A stretch of DNA of 64,000 bases from Candidatus Bathyarchaeota archaeon (lineage in GTDB: Archaea; Thermoproteota; Bathyarchaeia; Bathyarchaeales; Bathycorpusculaceae). The stretch covers positions 160,001 to 224,000 of the forward strand of contig CAVTBV010000009.1 of assembly GCA_963733095.1 (NCBI GenBank). The letters run 5' to 3'. Below, piece by piece: positions 38,997 through 49,723 of this stretch. The notes beneath the pieces are model-generated. The model was not told the DNA's origin. It did no database searches and saw only the letters and a list, made by a program, of their open reading frames with translations. A program made the position numbers and the translations under genes. The stretch's first letter is position 1, and the number at the start of each line of letters is the position of its first letter.

Positions 38997-40386
38997 ACCA
39001 AAGTTAAACAAAAAAGCCGTAGAGATGGCAAAGCAAGAGCCTAAAGTTCGCGCTAAAAATTTCGGTGAAGTTGCTTTAGGTTACACTGAAGCAGACGCCC
39101 AAGAAGAAGCAAGCCGATGCCTGCAATGCCCAAAACCCCAATGTGTAACAGGTTGCCCAGTGGAGGTTCCTATTCCAGCATTTATAAAATGCATCCGCGA
39201 AAAGAAGTACGCTGAAGGCATTGCAACTATAAAAACCAAGAACGCCTTGCCAGCTGTTTGCGGACGTGTTTGCCCGCAAGAAGAGCAATGCCAAAAGAAA
39301 TGTGTTATCGGCAAAATGGGCGAACCGGTAAGCATCGGACGTTTAGAACGGTTCTTAGCAGACTGGGAACGCGACAATGGTTTCCAACTTCCGCCAAAAG
39401 CTCCATCAACGGGCAAAAAAGTCGCTGTTGTCGGTGCTGGTCCAGCAGGATTAACTGTTGCAGCAGACCTGGTGAAGCTGGGTCACGAAATCACGATGTT
39501 TGAAGCGTTGCATGTCGGCGGCGGAGTGCTCATGTATGGTATTCCCGAGTTCCGTTTACCTAAAGCCATTGTGCAAAACGAAGTCAACTACGTCGAGAAA
39601 CTCGGCGTTGACTTGCGTCTGGGCAACTTGGTCGGTAGAATCCACACTATCCCAGAACTTATGAAGAACGGCTACGAGGCAGTATTCATCGGTAGTGGCG
39701 CAGGCTTGCCACAGTTCACGGGGTGCAAAGGAGAAAACCTCGGTGGAATCTACTCGGCAAACGAATTCCTCATCCGCGTTAACCTCATGAAAGCATACCT
39801 GTTCCCTGAGTACGATACTCCAATTCGCATCGGCAAAAAAGTAGTTGTCATCGGCGGCGGAAACGTAGCCATGGACTGCGCAAGAAGCAGTATGCGACTC
39901 GGCTCCGAAGTATGCTTACTCTACAGACGTTCAAGAAACGAGTTACCCGCAAGACACGAAGAAATCGAGAACGCAGAAGAAGAAGGCTTAGTCTGCAAAT
40001 TCCTCGCAGCGCCAATGGAGTTCTACGGGGACGATAAAGGCTGGGTTAACGCCATGAAAGTCATCGCGATGGAGCTAACTGAACCCGATGCAAAAGGCAG
40101 ACGAGGCGTCAAAGAAGTCCCAGGCTCAGAATTCACTATGGACGTTGACACAGTCATAATCGCCATCGGACAAACACCAAACCCAATCATCCAACGCACC
40201 ACAGACGGCTTAGTAAGCGACCCAAAACGCGGAACCATATGCGTTAACGAAGTCGGCAAAACCAGCTTAGACGGGGTTTACGCAGGCGGAGACGTCGCAA
40301 CCGGTGCAGCAACAGTCATTAGCGCTATGGGCGCAGGCAAACGAGCAGCAAAAGCAATGCACGAATACCTCACAAGCAAACAATAA
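38977..40386 (+). CDS. nfnB: NfnB/SudA (GltD-like) subunit
   Basis: EASRCLQC, GRVCPQE, GAGPAGL, YGIPEFRLP, GGGNVAMD. Confidence 0.92.
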   Translation: MAETKPKPKLNKKAVEMAKQEPKVRAKNFGEVALGYTEADAQEEASRCLQCPKPQCVTGCPVEVPIPAFIKCIREKKYAEGIATIKTKNALPAVCGRVCPQEEQCQKKCVIGKMGEPVSIGRLERFLADWERDNGFQLPPKAPSTGKKVAVVGAGPAGLTVAADLVKLGHEITMFEALHVGGGVLMYGIPEFRLPKAIVQNEVNYVEKLGVDLRLGNLVGRIHTIPELMKNGYEAVFIGSGAGLPQFTGCKGENLGGIYSANEFLIRVNLMKAYLFPEYDTPIRIGKKVVVIGGGNVAMDCARSSMRLGSEVCLLYRRSRNELPARHEEIENAEEEGLVCKFLAAPMEFYGDDKGWVNAMKVIAMELTEPDAKGRRGVKEVPGSEFTMDVDTVIIAIGQTPNPIIQRTTDGLVSDPKRGTICVNEVGKTSLDGVYAGGDVATGAATVISAMGAGKRAAKAMHEYLTSKQ

Positions 40387-40537
40387 TCCTCCATAGTCCC
40401 CTTCTTTGTGGACAATTTCATTTTTTCAATTTTTTCTCTATTGACATCACCAATTATCTTTAGTTCCTCAAAAGAACAATATTTTCTGCTTACATTCATG
40501 AGTGCGGTTGCCATACGGTAATATAGCTTCAAAGCCA

Positions 40538-41266
40538 ATGATTTGCCATATGCATAAGATTAAAGGCTCCAGCAACTACCTAAAAAACCAAGTCAGAAAA
40601 AACCTTGCCAAAGCAGCGCTTAGCGCAATAATATTTGCGGCTGTCTCCGCTCTCTTAATTTACCGAATACTATCAACGCTTCAAGTTGGCATTTTGGAGG
40701 AGACAGGTCTTGTTTTCTTGCTTGCACCAATAGTTGCCTTCTATTTTTACCTGCGTAAATACCACATCTACCAAGGTGGCTGGCAAGGGGAAAAACAAGT
40801 AGCCAAACTGTTAAGCAGCAAACTAAACGATGACTACTACCTTTTAAACGACCTGTACCTGAGCGGTGGAGGCGGAGACATCGACCACATCGTTTTGAGT
40901 CCTAACGGCGTTTTAGTTTTGGAGACCAAGAATTGGAGCGGCAGCGTATCTTGCAACGGTGACGAGTGGCAGCGAGTTGGAAAACGTAACTTTTCGGGTA
41001 GTCCAAGCCGTCAGGTTAAACGAAACGCTGCCAAAATTAAACAAATAATCGACAACAGCCCAACGTTAAAACAGGTTGGCATATGGGTCGAAGGCATTGT
41101 GGTTTTGACGAATAATCATGCCACCTTGCATTTAAATAACCCGACTGTTCCAATCCTTCCTCTTTCCAAGTTACCTAGTTACATAACCGCTTATAGAAGT
41201 GCAAGAAGCTTTTCTCGCGAACAACTAGAGGCCATAGGAAAAGAAATAGTTAAACAAAAAAACTAA
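40538..41266 (+). CDS. Membrane-anchored NERD-domain nuclease-like protein
   Basis: 2 TM, G..GE, DIDHIV, LETKNW, SP.RQ; start uncertain. Confidence 0.85.
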   Translation: MICHMHKIKGSSNYLKNQVRKNLAKAALSAIIFAAVSALLIYRILSTLQVGILEETGLVFLLAPIVAFYFYLRKYHIYQGGWQGEKQVAKLLSSKLNDDYYLLNDLYLSGGGGDIDHIVLSPNGVLVLETKNWSGSVSCNGDEWQRVGKRNFSGSPSRQVKRNAAKIKQIIDNSPTLKQVGIWVEGIVVLTNNHATLHLNNPTVPILPLSKLPSYITAYRSARSFSREQLEAIGKEIVKQKN

Positions 41267-41997
41267 CTGCACTTAGGAGGGGTGATTTTTAGCCACGCCT
41301 TCCTCTTCACGCAGACCAAAGAAGTGATGGTAGTTACCGTGAGGGCTCCAATCAAGAATGAATTGTAGAATGCTCGATCAGGGTTGAGGGCTGTCACTGC
41401 CAAAACGGAACCCAAAATGTAGAGCGACGCTATCCCAGTTATCAATTGAAGTATATGCAGAACCCTTTTCGCTTCGCAAGCCTTAGATTTTACCCAGTTC
41501 AAGCTAGACTCAATTCGTTCTGACACATCGGGCAAATCATCCAACAGCAACGTTAACCCTGCCAAAACAAAAAAGCGCCCAACATTAACCGCTATGTCAC
41601 TTGAATTCAAAAGAAAAAGGTAAACAAGAGAGATAGATGTGAAGAACACCACAAACAATGAAGCGAATAGAAGAACTAAAAAGCCGTAGACATAGTGATG
41701 AAAGAGGAATCTTCCCGTATGCAAAGCGCGGCCTACGCAGGCTGCTGGAAAAATGTTGATCACTGAAGCTGCGATTGCAAACCAAAGCAGGTTTCCATCG
41801 ATTAGGTAGGGGTAGAAGGGAAGCCAGTATGGGTAAGCTTTGTAGAAGCCAAATAAAAGTCCAGAAACGACCCCCAACGTGATGAGTGCGTTGAAAATCA
41901 ATGCCAGACTGAATATTTTCTTCAAGATTACTCTTACGGATCCAGCCATTTTACGCCAAGCCCTAAGATAAGCCCTCAACGCAGTTTCATACAACAC
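41263..41997 (-). CDS. Membrane protein
   Basis: Multi-TM, FHHY.YG and LLDD motifs; true start may be MAGSVR. Confidence 0.75.
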   Translation of the reverse strand: MLYETALRAYLRAWRKMAGSVRVILKKIFSLALIFNALITLGVVSGLLFGFYKAYPYWLPFYPYLIDGNLLWFAIAASVINIFPAACVGRALHTGRFLFHHYVYGFLVLLFASLFVVFFTSISLVYLFLLNSSDIAVNVGRFFVLAGLTLLLDDLPDVSERIESSLNWVKSKACEAKRVLHILQLITGIASLYILGSVLAVTALNPDRAFYNSFLIGALTVTTITSLVCVKRKAWLKITPPKCS

Positions 41998-42135
41998 TTG
42001 CAGCTCAATCTTTTATAAGTAACGCAAATAAAACCCAAAAACAATGAGTATCGATCTCAACTGTTGTACGAATGAGATTTAGAGGCCGCCGAAGAGAACC
42101 TTTTTATTTTTTCTCATTCTAAGCAACAATAATCG

Positions 42136-42504
42136 GTGAAGACTTTGGGCAGCATCGGATTAGGCGCACTTGTAGGGTTCTTAATTACAGTAATCCTGAG
42201 CGTAATTTATCCGAGTTTCGGGTTTGTTGTCGGCGCTTTCTTTGGAGGAATAATCGCTGGGTTCATTGCGCGAGGTATACTGGGTGGAGCAATGGCTGGT
42301 TTCCTTTCAGGATTCGCTAGCGCCGTCGTGTTAGCAATATTGTCATTTCTCCATGTTATTGTCGTTGAAACTGTTAGGCATGGGATTTTGGGTTTTCTGT
42401 TCGGCGGCTTGGCAGGGTTAGTTCTAGGCGTGTTAGTTCTGATTTTGGTTACGGTGGTGTCTGTAATAGCCGGAGTCATCGGCGGCATAATCACAAGATA
42501 TTGA
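42136..42504 (+). CDS. Gly-rich membrane protein (DUF5518-like)
   Basis: GxxxG repeats; tandem paralog of the next gene. Confidence 0.8.
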   Translation: MKTLGSIGLGALVGFLITVILSVIYPSFGFVVGAFFGGIIAGFIARGILGGAMAGFLSGFASAVVLAILSFLHVIVVETVRHGILGFLFGGLAGLVLGVLVLILVTVVSVIAGVIGGIITRY

Positions 42505-42596
42505 CCGATGGATTTTTTGTAATTGCGCCTTTACACCAACAAAACATTATCTGAAGAGTATCTCCTAACTAATTAAGTAACTGAGTATTCTGTGCA

Positions 42597-42974
42597 GTGG
42601 TGAATGGATTGGGTAGTATATGGATAGGTGCCTTTGTGGGTTTCTTGGTTGTTTTGGTCCTTGGTTTTCTGTTTCCAGGTCTCGGACACTTAGTGGGCGG
42701 CTTTGTAGGTGGCATTGTAGCCGGATTAATTGCTAGAGGTGCAGGCAGAGGATTACTTGCGGGCTTCTTGGCAGGAGTATTTGGTGGCATAATAATTGCA
42801 GTTCTTGCGATAATAGGATTGGCGATTGCGGGAGGAGTCACTGCGGGAATTGGAGGCGCATTATTCGGCGGCTTAGGCAGCTTAGCAATTGGCTTAGCTG
42901 CGATTGTACTAGCAGCTTTTGCAGCTATAATTTCGGCAATAGGCGGCTTAATCGGCGGAGCAATCGCGCATTAA
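42597..42974 (+). CDS. Gly-rich membrane protein (DUF5518-like)
   Basis: LGSI..GA.VGFL, IARG shared with the previous gene. Confidence 0.8.
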   Translation: MVNGLGSIWIGAFVGFLVVLVLGFLFPGLGHLVGGFVGGIVAGLIARGAGRGLLAGFLAGVFGGIIIAVLAIIGLAIAGGVTAGIGGALFGGLGSLAIGLAAIVLAAFAAIISAIGGLIGGAIAH

Positions 42975-42980
42975 ATGGAT

Positions 42981-44526
42981 TTACCTGTCGAGCATGAACG
43001 TTTTCTCATGTGACGCTTGCTCTGGGATTCTGTCCAGAATCATTTTTTCCTCCGGTTTCTTGCTTAGCACAATCGGTGACAGTTGTCCTGCAAGATCCAA
43101 TGCGGAAGACAATTTGGTTTTTCTCTCTGCATAAATTTCGAATAATACACCATTTTTATGCACGTTGTCGCCTAACTTTGCATGCAAAACAACGCCTGCA
43201 CCCTTCTCTTTGGGTGCTCCAGCTTCACGAGCAATCCGCACGATGTCGTCAGTGCTTAACCAAAGAACTTTACCAGCCTCCTTTGAACGCACCACTATCG
43301 ATTCCGGTCCCACAGGCAAATCTTCAGGCTTAACCGTTGGGTTGCCCCCTTGAGCCACAATGATTTCTCGCATCTTCTTCTCGGCTTTTCCTGAGTTAAT
43401 CATTTCATCGGCCAAGCCGCGCGGGTTTTCAACGCCTACCATTTCAAAGAGCATGCTGGCTAAGCCAACTGCTTTTTCCCGTAAGTCAGGAGGGCCGCCA
43501 CCCATCAGAGTCGTCAACGCTTCCCGCGCTTCTAAAGCTGGTCCGATGCCGCAGCCTAAAGGTTGCTCACCAAAAGTAAGGGCACACTGGATGTTTAATC
43601 CTAAACGTTTCCCCATATCGACAAAATCGGATGCTAAAGAATAGGCTTCTGTTCGGGTTTTGATTTTTGCACCCATGCCTGTTGGGATGTCTATGGCAAC
43701 GTGTGTGGCACCGACGGCTTTTTTCTTGCTCAGAATTGATGGCAAAAGCATTGGGTCAATTCCCAATGGGTATTCGACTTGGATGAAGAGGTCGTCGGCT
43801 GGCGCAAGTTCAAGTGAGCCGCCCCAGACGAGGCATCCGTTGGTTTTTGCCACTACTTCTTTGATTTCTTTTATTGAGAGGTTGACTGGGCAGAGTGTTT
43901 CCATGCGGTCTGCCGTTCCTGCAGGAGATGTGATTGCTCGCGAGGAGGTTTTGGGGATGGTGAATCCGGCAGCTGCAACGATGGGCACGACAAGCATGCT
44001 GGTTTTGTCGCCCGGGATGCCGCCGACACTGTGTTTGTCAAGGATGGGTCCCGATCCGAAATCGAGTGTTTTGCCTGTAGAAATCATTGCCCTAGACAAC
44101 GCTTCGGTTTCGCCTGTGCTAAGTCCATGGATGCTCAGGGCCGTAAGAAACGCGGCGATTTCAACGGTGCTCAAATGCCGCTCAACGACATCCTTTACGA
44201 TGGCGACGAGGTCTTTCTCGCGTAAGCGTTCTCCATGCAGTTTGGCGCGTATGTTGAAGAGAGATTCAGGCAGCGGAGCTAACTGCACATTAACAATTTC
44301 CGCTTCCTTGACCCCGAGTGCAGCAACGGTTTCCCGGTAGAGTCCGATACGGTTTGAGGGAAAATAATCAGCGATGTTAGCAATAGCTATCATTTCTTGG
44401 TTTTTGCAAGTAATTTTTATTCTGTCTGAACTGTGCACGCCCAGCATGTTGGCGGTTTGTTCGCTGAGCAAGGCAATTCTGCTGCCGCCTGTAGCAATCA
44501 TCAAGACTTCAACGCTAAGTTCCATC
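42981..44526 (-). CDS. deoA: AMP phosphorylase
   Basis: DKHSVGGIPGDK, KTSSRAITSPAGTAD, SKK; N-terminal extension typical of AMPpase. Confidence 0.95.
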
Positions 44527-44603
44527 TGAAACACTCAGTACCAAGTAGGCTGGGAAATAGTTAAAGATTTTAAGGCAAAGCCAATTGGTCTAGCATACGA
44601 GGA

Positions 44604-45833
44604 TTGCTCTTGAAGTACCTTGACTTTATAGATTTATCTTATGAACCTAAAGAAACTGATTTAGTCTGCACTTTTCATGTTGAGCCTGAAGGTATAAGCC
44701 TGAAAGAGGCGGCGGGCGGGGTAGCAGCGGAAAGCTCTGTTGGAACCTGGACTGAACTAACGACCGAGAAGCCCTACGTCAAACGGTTAGCCGCACGCGT
44801 CTTCAGCATAGAAGGCAGAACGGTCAAAATTGCCTATCCTGTCGAGCTCTTTGAACCAGCCAACATGCCCAACATCCTGAGCAGTGTAGCTGGGAACGTC
44901 TTTGGGCTAAAAGCACTAAAAAACCTGCGTTTGCTTGACATAGAATTTCCAAGACAACTCCTGAGCAACTTTAAAGGTCCCGCTTTTGGCATCTCGGGAA
45001 TCCGTAAACTCCTCAAAATCCCAAAACGCCCCCTCATCGGTACAATCATCAAACCCAAACTCGGATTAGAAACCAAAGACCACGCCAAAGTTGCTTACGA
45101 CGCATGGCTTGGCGGATGCGACGTAGTAAAAGACGACGAAAATCTGAGCAGCCAAAGCTTCAACCCCTTCGAAGAGCGCTTAACACAGACTCTGGAGAGC
45201 CGAGATAAAGCCCAAGAGGAGACGGGTGAACGCAAAGTCTACATGATAAACATCACAGCAGAAACCCAAACAATGCTCAAACGCGCTCAAGCCGTCGTTG
45301 ACCAAGGCGGTGAATACGTCATGGTGGATATCTTGACCTGTGGCTGGTCAGCTTTGCAGACGTTGCGTGACCAAGACTTCAGACTCGTTATCCACGCACA
45401 CCGTGCCGGACACGCAGCCTTCACTAAGAATCAGCTGCACGGCATCGCCATGAAATCAATAGCCAGGGTTGCAAGAATAATTGGAATTGACCAATTGCAT
45501 GTGGGAACGGTTGTTGGCAAAATGTCAGAAACCAGATTCGAAGTAACCGAAAACATCGCTGCCTGCAAATCCGAAATGGGTCTCCTCAAACCCGTTTTGC
45601 CCGTTGCAAGTGGAGGACTGCACCCTCGACTCGTTCCCGCACTCATGGAGACGTTCGGCAGCGACTTTGTTATCCAAGCAGGCGGTGGCATCCACGGCCA
45701 CCCAGAAGGCACTGTCTGTGGCGCCAAAGCCATGCGCCAAGCAGTTGACGCTACCCTTTATGGAAAAACCCTTGAAGAATACGCCAAAACTCATCAAGAA
45801 CTCGCCTCAGCCCTAAAACAATGGAAATCCTAG
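44604..45833 (+). CDS. rbcL: RuBisCO form III
   Basis: AAESSVGTW, GTIIKPKLGL, KDDE, HAHRAGH, GTVVGKM, SGGLH, GGGIHGHP. Confidence 0.96.
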   Translation: MLLKYLDFIDLSYEPKETDLVCTFHVEPEGISLKEAAGGVAAESSVGTWTELTTEKPYVKRLAARVFSIEGRTVKIAYPVELFEPANMPNILSSVAGNVFGLKALKNLRLLDIEFPRQLLSNFKGPAFGISGIRKLLKIPKRPLIGTIIKPKLGLETKDHAKVAYDAWLGGCDVVKDDENLSSQSFNPFEERLTQTLESRDKAQEETGERKVYMINITAETQTMLKRAQAVVDQGGEYVMVDILTCGWSALQTLRDQDFRLVIHAHRAGHAAFTKNQLHGIAMKSIARVARIIGIDQLHVGTVVGKMSETRFEVTENIAACKSEMGLLKPVLPVASGGLHPRLVPALMETFGSDFVIQAGGGIHGHPEGTVCGAKAMRQAVDATLYGKTLEEYAKTHQELASALKQWKS

Positions 45834-46086
45834 CAAGCTCTCAACACACAGTTTAAGTCAAAAACTACGGTTTTTTTGCTGTTTTTCTTAATGCCTCTGG
45901 TGTCTGACCCGCCGTTTTAGCCATTATTGGGTAAAATTGGCTGTTTTTTTAGTTGTCAGTACCCTCTTTCCAATCATGAATATAAAGGATTGATGTGATA
46001 AAACCTGCGATTAGGCAAATCATTGTTTTAACAGAACATACTTTGCCTAATAAAACAAAAAAGAAAAAATGCTAAGAGGAAAGGAA

Positions 46087-48630
46087 ATGAATTCAAAGAA
46101 AATATTTGCAATTCTAATAATTGCAGCATTCATTGCATCAGCAATGACAGTTATGTCAACCACACAAGTTGAAGCACAAACGACTCCCACATTGAAAACC
46201 TACCCCATCATCGACGCCATACCCAACCCAATAGGTGTTGGACAAGTAACACTGTTAAAAACTGGAATTCTGCAGCAAATTGCCGGTTCTCTCAACGGTT
46301 GGACTGGTATAACCATAACCGTAACCAAACCAGACGGCACAAAAGAAACACTTGGACCATTCAAAACAGACTCCACAGGATCAACCTTCACATCGTACAC
46401 ACCTGACCAAATCGGTACATACATGTTAACGACAAACTTCCCCGAACAAACCAATCCAGTCACTTTCTATAACAATGAAGGCGGTAACACAATTGAAGCA
46501 GGCACAATAATGCTTGCAAGCACCGCAACAATTAACATGACCGTACAACAAGATCCTTTGCCATTCTACCCAGGTCACGCTCTTCCAACAGAATACTGGA
46601 ACCGCCCAATCGACCCACAATTAAGAGAATGGTACTCCATCTCAGGCAACTGGGTACAGAGACCAGACAACTCACTAGCACTCTACAACGACGATGCACC
46701 AGAAACCGCACACGTACTATGGGCACACCCAATAACTACCGGAGGCTTAATGGGCGGTCTATGGGGCGACGGACAAGTTCCATCAAGCGCTGAAGCAGGC
46801 GACGCATATGAAGGCAAATTCCCCGGATCAGTGATACTCAACGGAATACTCTACTACCAAAGAACAGATACCCGAAGAGAAACTGCACCAGCAATCATCG
46901 CAGTTGATCTACACACTGGCGAAGAATGGATGTTCAAGAACAACACAGTCCTATCATTTGGTCAAATCTTCTACTTCAACAGCTACAACTATGACGGCAC
47001 ATTCTCATACATCTGGTCAGTATCTGGTAGCACCTACACTGCGTACGACCCATTCACTGGCAACCAACAAATACAAATAACCAATGTTCCATCAGGCACA
47101 CGCTTCTTTGGACCTAGCGGCGAAATTTTGATTCTACAAATCGATTATAACCGCGGCTGGATGGCACTATGGAACGAAACCGACTGTGGACTACAGAATG
47201 CAGTTATCGGCACACCTGACTACGGCAGCTGGGGTAACACAGCCCATGGGAACGCTTTAGGACCCGGATTGAATGGAACTAACCCACGATGCTACACATG
47301 GAACGTAACAATCCCGCGGGGCTTAGGTGCCACTAGCGGAATTGGCGGAGCAGCACTGAAAATCTACGTTGAAGACAGAATAGTTGGCATGATGTTCAAC
47401 CGAACAAACGTCAACATCTGGTCACTTGACATCTCACCAGGGCATGAAGGCGCAGTCATATTCAACAAGAACTGGACACCACCATCAGAATGGAATGAAG
47501 GCTCCAACACCTTAGCTTACACCGGCGCAACCAACTACGTTAAAGATGACACATATGGAAACGGCGTAATCGCAATATGGGACAAAGAAATAACAACACA
47601 CTACGGATTTAGCGTACAAACCGGAGATTTCCTATGGCAAACAGGCGGTGAAATCTACTTAGACTCTTACGGCTGGGGCAACGCAGAACACACATGGTAC
47701 TTTGCATACGGCAAACTCTACTCTGTCGGCGTCGGAGGCATACTATACGCTTACGATTTAGCCACAGGCAAAACCGACTGGACATACACTCTCTCAGACC
47801 CATACAAAGAACCAGTCACAGGCGAAAACTGGTGGGGCTGGATCGACCTAATCACTGACGGCAAAATCTACATCGGCACACTCGAACACTCTGCAGAACA
47901 GCCAGTACCAAGAGGCGGACCATACGCAGCAATAAACGCAACCGACGGCAGTGTCATCTGGCGTGTTAACGGCATGTTCCGTGAAACCCGCTGGGGTGGT
48001 AACGGAATCATCGGCGACAGCATCATAGCTACCATGGACACCTACGACCAACAAGTCTGGGCAATCGGCAAAGGACCAACAGCAGTTACAATGTCCGCTT
48101 CACCAAAAGTTTCAGTGCAAGGCAGCAGCGTCCTAATTGAAGGAAGCATAACTGATACATCACCAGGAACAAACGACTACACAATGAAGGCTCGATTCCC
48201 CGACGGCGTCCCTGCAGTCTCTGACGAAAGCCAGAGCGAATGGATGCTGTACGTCTACAAGCAATTCGAAAAACCAACCAACGCAACCGGAGTTGCACTA
48301 TCAGTAGATGTCATTGACGCAAACGGCAACCTAAGAAACATCGGCACAACCACAAGCGACTCCACCGGCGCATATAGCCTCAGCTGGATGCCAGACATTC
48401 CAGGAAAATACACGGTCCTTGTTAACTTTGCTGGTTCAAAAGCTTACTGGGGTTCATCTGCTGAAAGCGCATTCGTAGTTGACGCAGCACCCGAAGCAAC
48501 AGCGGCACCCGATGTCTCGCAATCAAATTCCGCAGCTGATCTGTACTTTGTACCAGCGGTCATTGGCTTATTGATAGCCATAGTGGCTGTTGGTTTAATG
48601 ACAGTACTATTGCTTAGGAAACGACCATAA
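46087..48630 (+). CDS. Large surface protein with PQQ-like beta-propeller
   Basis: Signal peptide, AxDxxTG..W repeats, C-terminal TM ending LLRKRP. Confidence 0.85.
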   Translation: MNSKKIFAILIIAAFIASAMTVMSTTQVEAQTTPTLKTYPIIDAIPNPIGVGQVTLLKTGILQQIAGSLNGWTGITITVTKPDGTKETLGPFKTDSTGSTFTSYTPDQIGTYMLTTNFPEQTNPVTFYNNEGGNTIEAGTIMLASTATINMTVQQDPLPFYPGHALPTEYWNRPIDPQLREWYSISGNWVQRPDNSLALYNDDAPETAHVLWAHPITTGGLMGGLWGDGQVPSSAEAGDAYEGKFPGSVILNGILYYQRTDTRRETAPAIIAVDLHTGEEWMFKNNTVLSFGQIFYFNSYNYDGTFSYIWSVSGSTYTAYDPFTGNQQIQITNVPSGTRFFGPSGEILILQIDYNRGWMALWNETDCGLQNAVIGTPDYGSWGNTAHGNALGPGLNGTNPRCYTWNVTIPRGLGATSGIGGAALKIYVEDRIVGMMFNRTNVNIWSLDISPGHEGAVIFNKNWTPPSEWNEGSNTLAYTGATNYVKDDTYGNGVIAIWDKEITTHYGFSVQTGDFLWQTGGEIYLDSYGWGNAEHTWYFAYGKLYSVGVGGILYAYDLATGKTDWTYTLSDPYKEPVTGENWWGWIDLITDGKIYIGTLEHSAEQPVPRGGPYAAINATDGSVIWRVNGMFRETRWGGNGIIGDSIIATMDTYDQQVWAIGKGPTAVTMSASPKVSVQGSSVLIEGSITDTSPGTNDYTMKARFPDGVPAVSDESQSEWMLYVYKQFEKPTNATGVALSVDVIDANGNLRNIGTTTSDSTGAYSLSWMPDIPGKYTVLVNFAGSKAYWGSSAESAFVVDAAPEATAAPDVSQSNSAADLYFVPAVIGLLIAIVAVGLMTVLLLRKRP

Positions 48631-48723
48631 AATCGATAAAGACAAAAAATAATCTCCCTTTTTATTTTTTTCAACTTTTCAATTAAATGAAAATAGCAAC
48701 GTTTTACAGGTTATTGCGAACAG

Positions 48724-49650
48724 TTAGAAAACCCATGGATATCTTAGACGCATTACTTCAACGATGGATTGAGGTGCGATTATGCCTTCTTCGCATATTA
48801 AGCCGTGGATGTAGCGGTTCGGGGTGACATCGAAAGCAGGGTTGCAAACGTTTAGCTTTGCAGGTGCTTCACTCCAAACTTCTGCTGGGTTTCGTTGTTC
48901 AATCTTTTCGCATTCACCTTGAAGGGTTGCTGGGTCGAATTTTAGCAGTTCCGAAACCACGTAGAAGGGCACTCGGGCTTCATGGGATAAGACCGCTATA
49001 CCGCTTGACCCAATCTTGTTAACCACATTGCCCTCTGAAGTAATTGCGTCAGCTCCCACGATTACAATATCAACCTCTCCCATGAAAGTCCGCGCGGCAG
49101 AGTCAACAATAAAAGTGGTTTCGATGCCTAGCTCGACAAGTTCTTTGGCAGTTATTCTTCCCTGAAACGCTGGGCGCGTCTCGGTGCATATTACCTTAAA
49201 GTTTTTGCCACCTGCCTTGGCTTTGGCTAGCAGGCGAGTTACGGTTGAGGAGTGGCAATGAGTTAAAACTATGGAGCCATTACGGATTCGTTTGGCTCCA
49301 ATTTCCGCTATATGCTCTTTTGACGTCTCTAAATCTTTGAGGAATTGGTTTGCGCTTGCAACTAAGTTTTGGTTTAGTGTCTTAACTTTCTCAGTTTCGG
49401 CGGCTTGGGCTTGGGTGATTAGCCAGCGGATGGCGTTGCTCATCAATGGCTCAGTTTCTCTTGAGGCGGCGAAGATAGTTTGGGCTTCTTTGAGTTCCTC
49501 AATGAATTGGGTTTTGGTTTTTGCTTTTGTATGTTCTGCTTGAGTTTGAATGGCTTTGATGGCAGCTATGGCGACGTTTCTGGCGCCTTGAACTTGGAGT
49601 TTTCGGATTTTTTCGGCTGTTGCGTGGATTGTTACGGCCATGATTCTCAA
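48724..49650 (-). CDS. Ribose-1,5-bisphosphate isomerase (eIF-2B-like)
   Basis: VQGA, SRETEP, THCHSSTV, ETRP, GADAI, NKIGS, NPAFDVTP; beside AMPpase and RuBisCO. Confidence 0.9.
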   Translation of the reverse strand: MRIMAVTIHATAEKIRKLQVQGARNVAIAAIKAIQTQAEHTKAKTKTQFIEELKEAQTIFAASRETEPLMSNAIRWLITQAQAAETEKVKTLNQNLVASANQFLKDLETSKEHIAEIGAKRIRNGSIVLTHCHSSTVTRLLAKAKAGGKNFKVICTETRPAFQGRITAKELVELGIETTFIVDSAARTFMGEVDIVIVGADAITSEGNVVNKIGSSGIAVLSHEARVPFYVVSELLKFDPATLQGECEKIEQRNPAEVWSEAPAKLNVCNPAFDVTPNRYIHGLICEEGIIAPQSIVEVMRLRYPWVF

Positions 49651-49723
49651 CCTAAGCGTACATGTTTTCCAGTTTTAGTTTATTTGTGGAGAAGCATATA
49701 AGCAAAACCATAACAAAGGGTTA

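Noticed and set aside
38977-40386. Glutamate synthase call
   Set aside because: No large subunit nearby; pairing with an NfnA/SudB gene indicates Nfn/Sud
43660-44340. 226-aa + strand ORF
   Set aside because: Antisense to AMP phosphorylase; no independent motifs
44604-45833. Calvin-cycle autotrophy
   Set aside because: Form III context with AMPpase and R15P isomerase; no PRK or small subunit in the window
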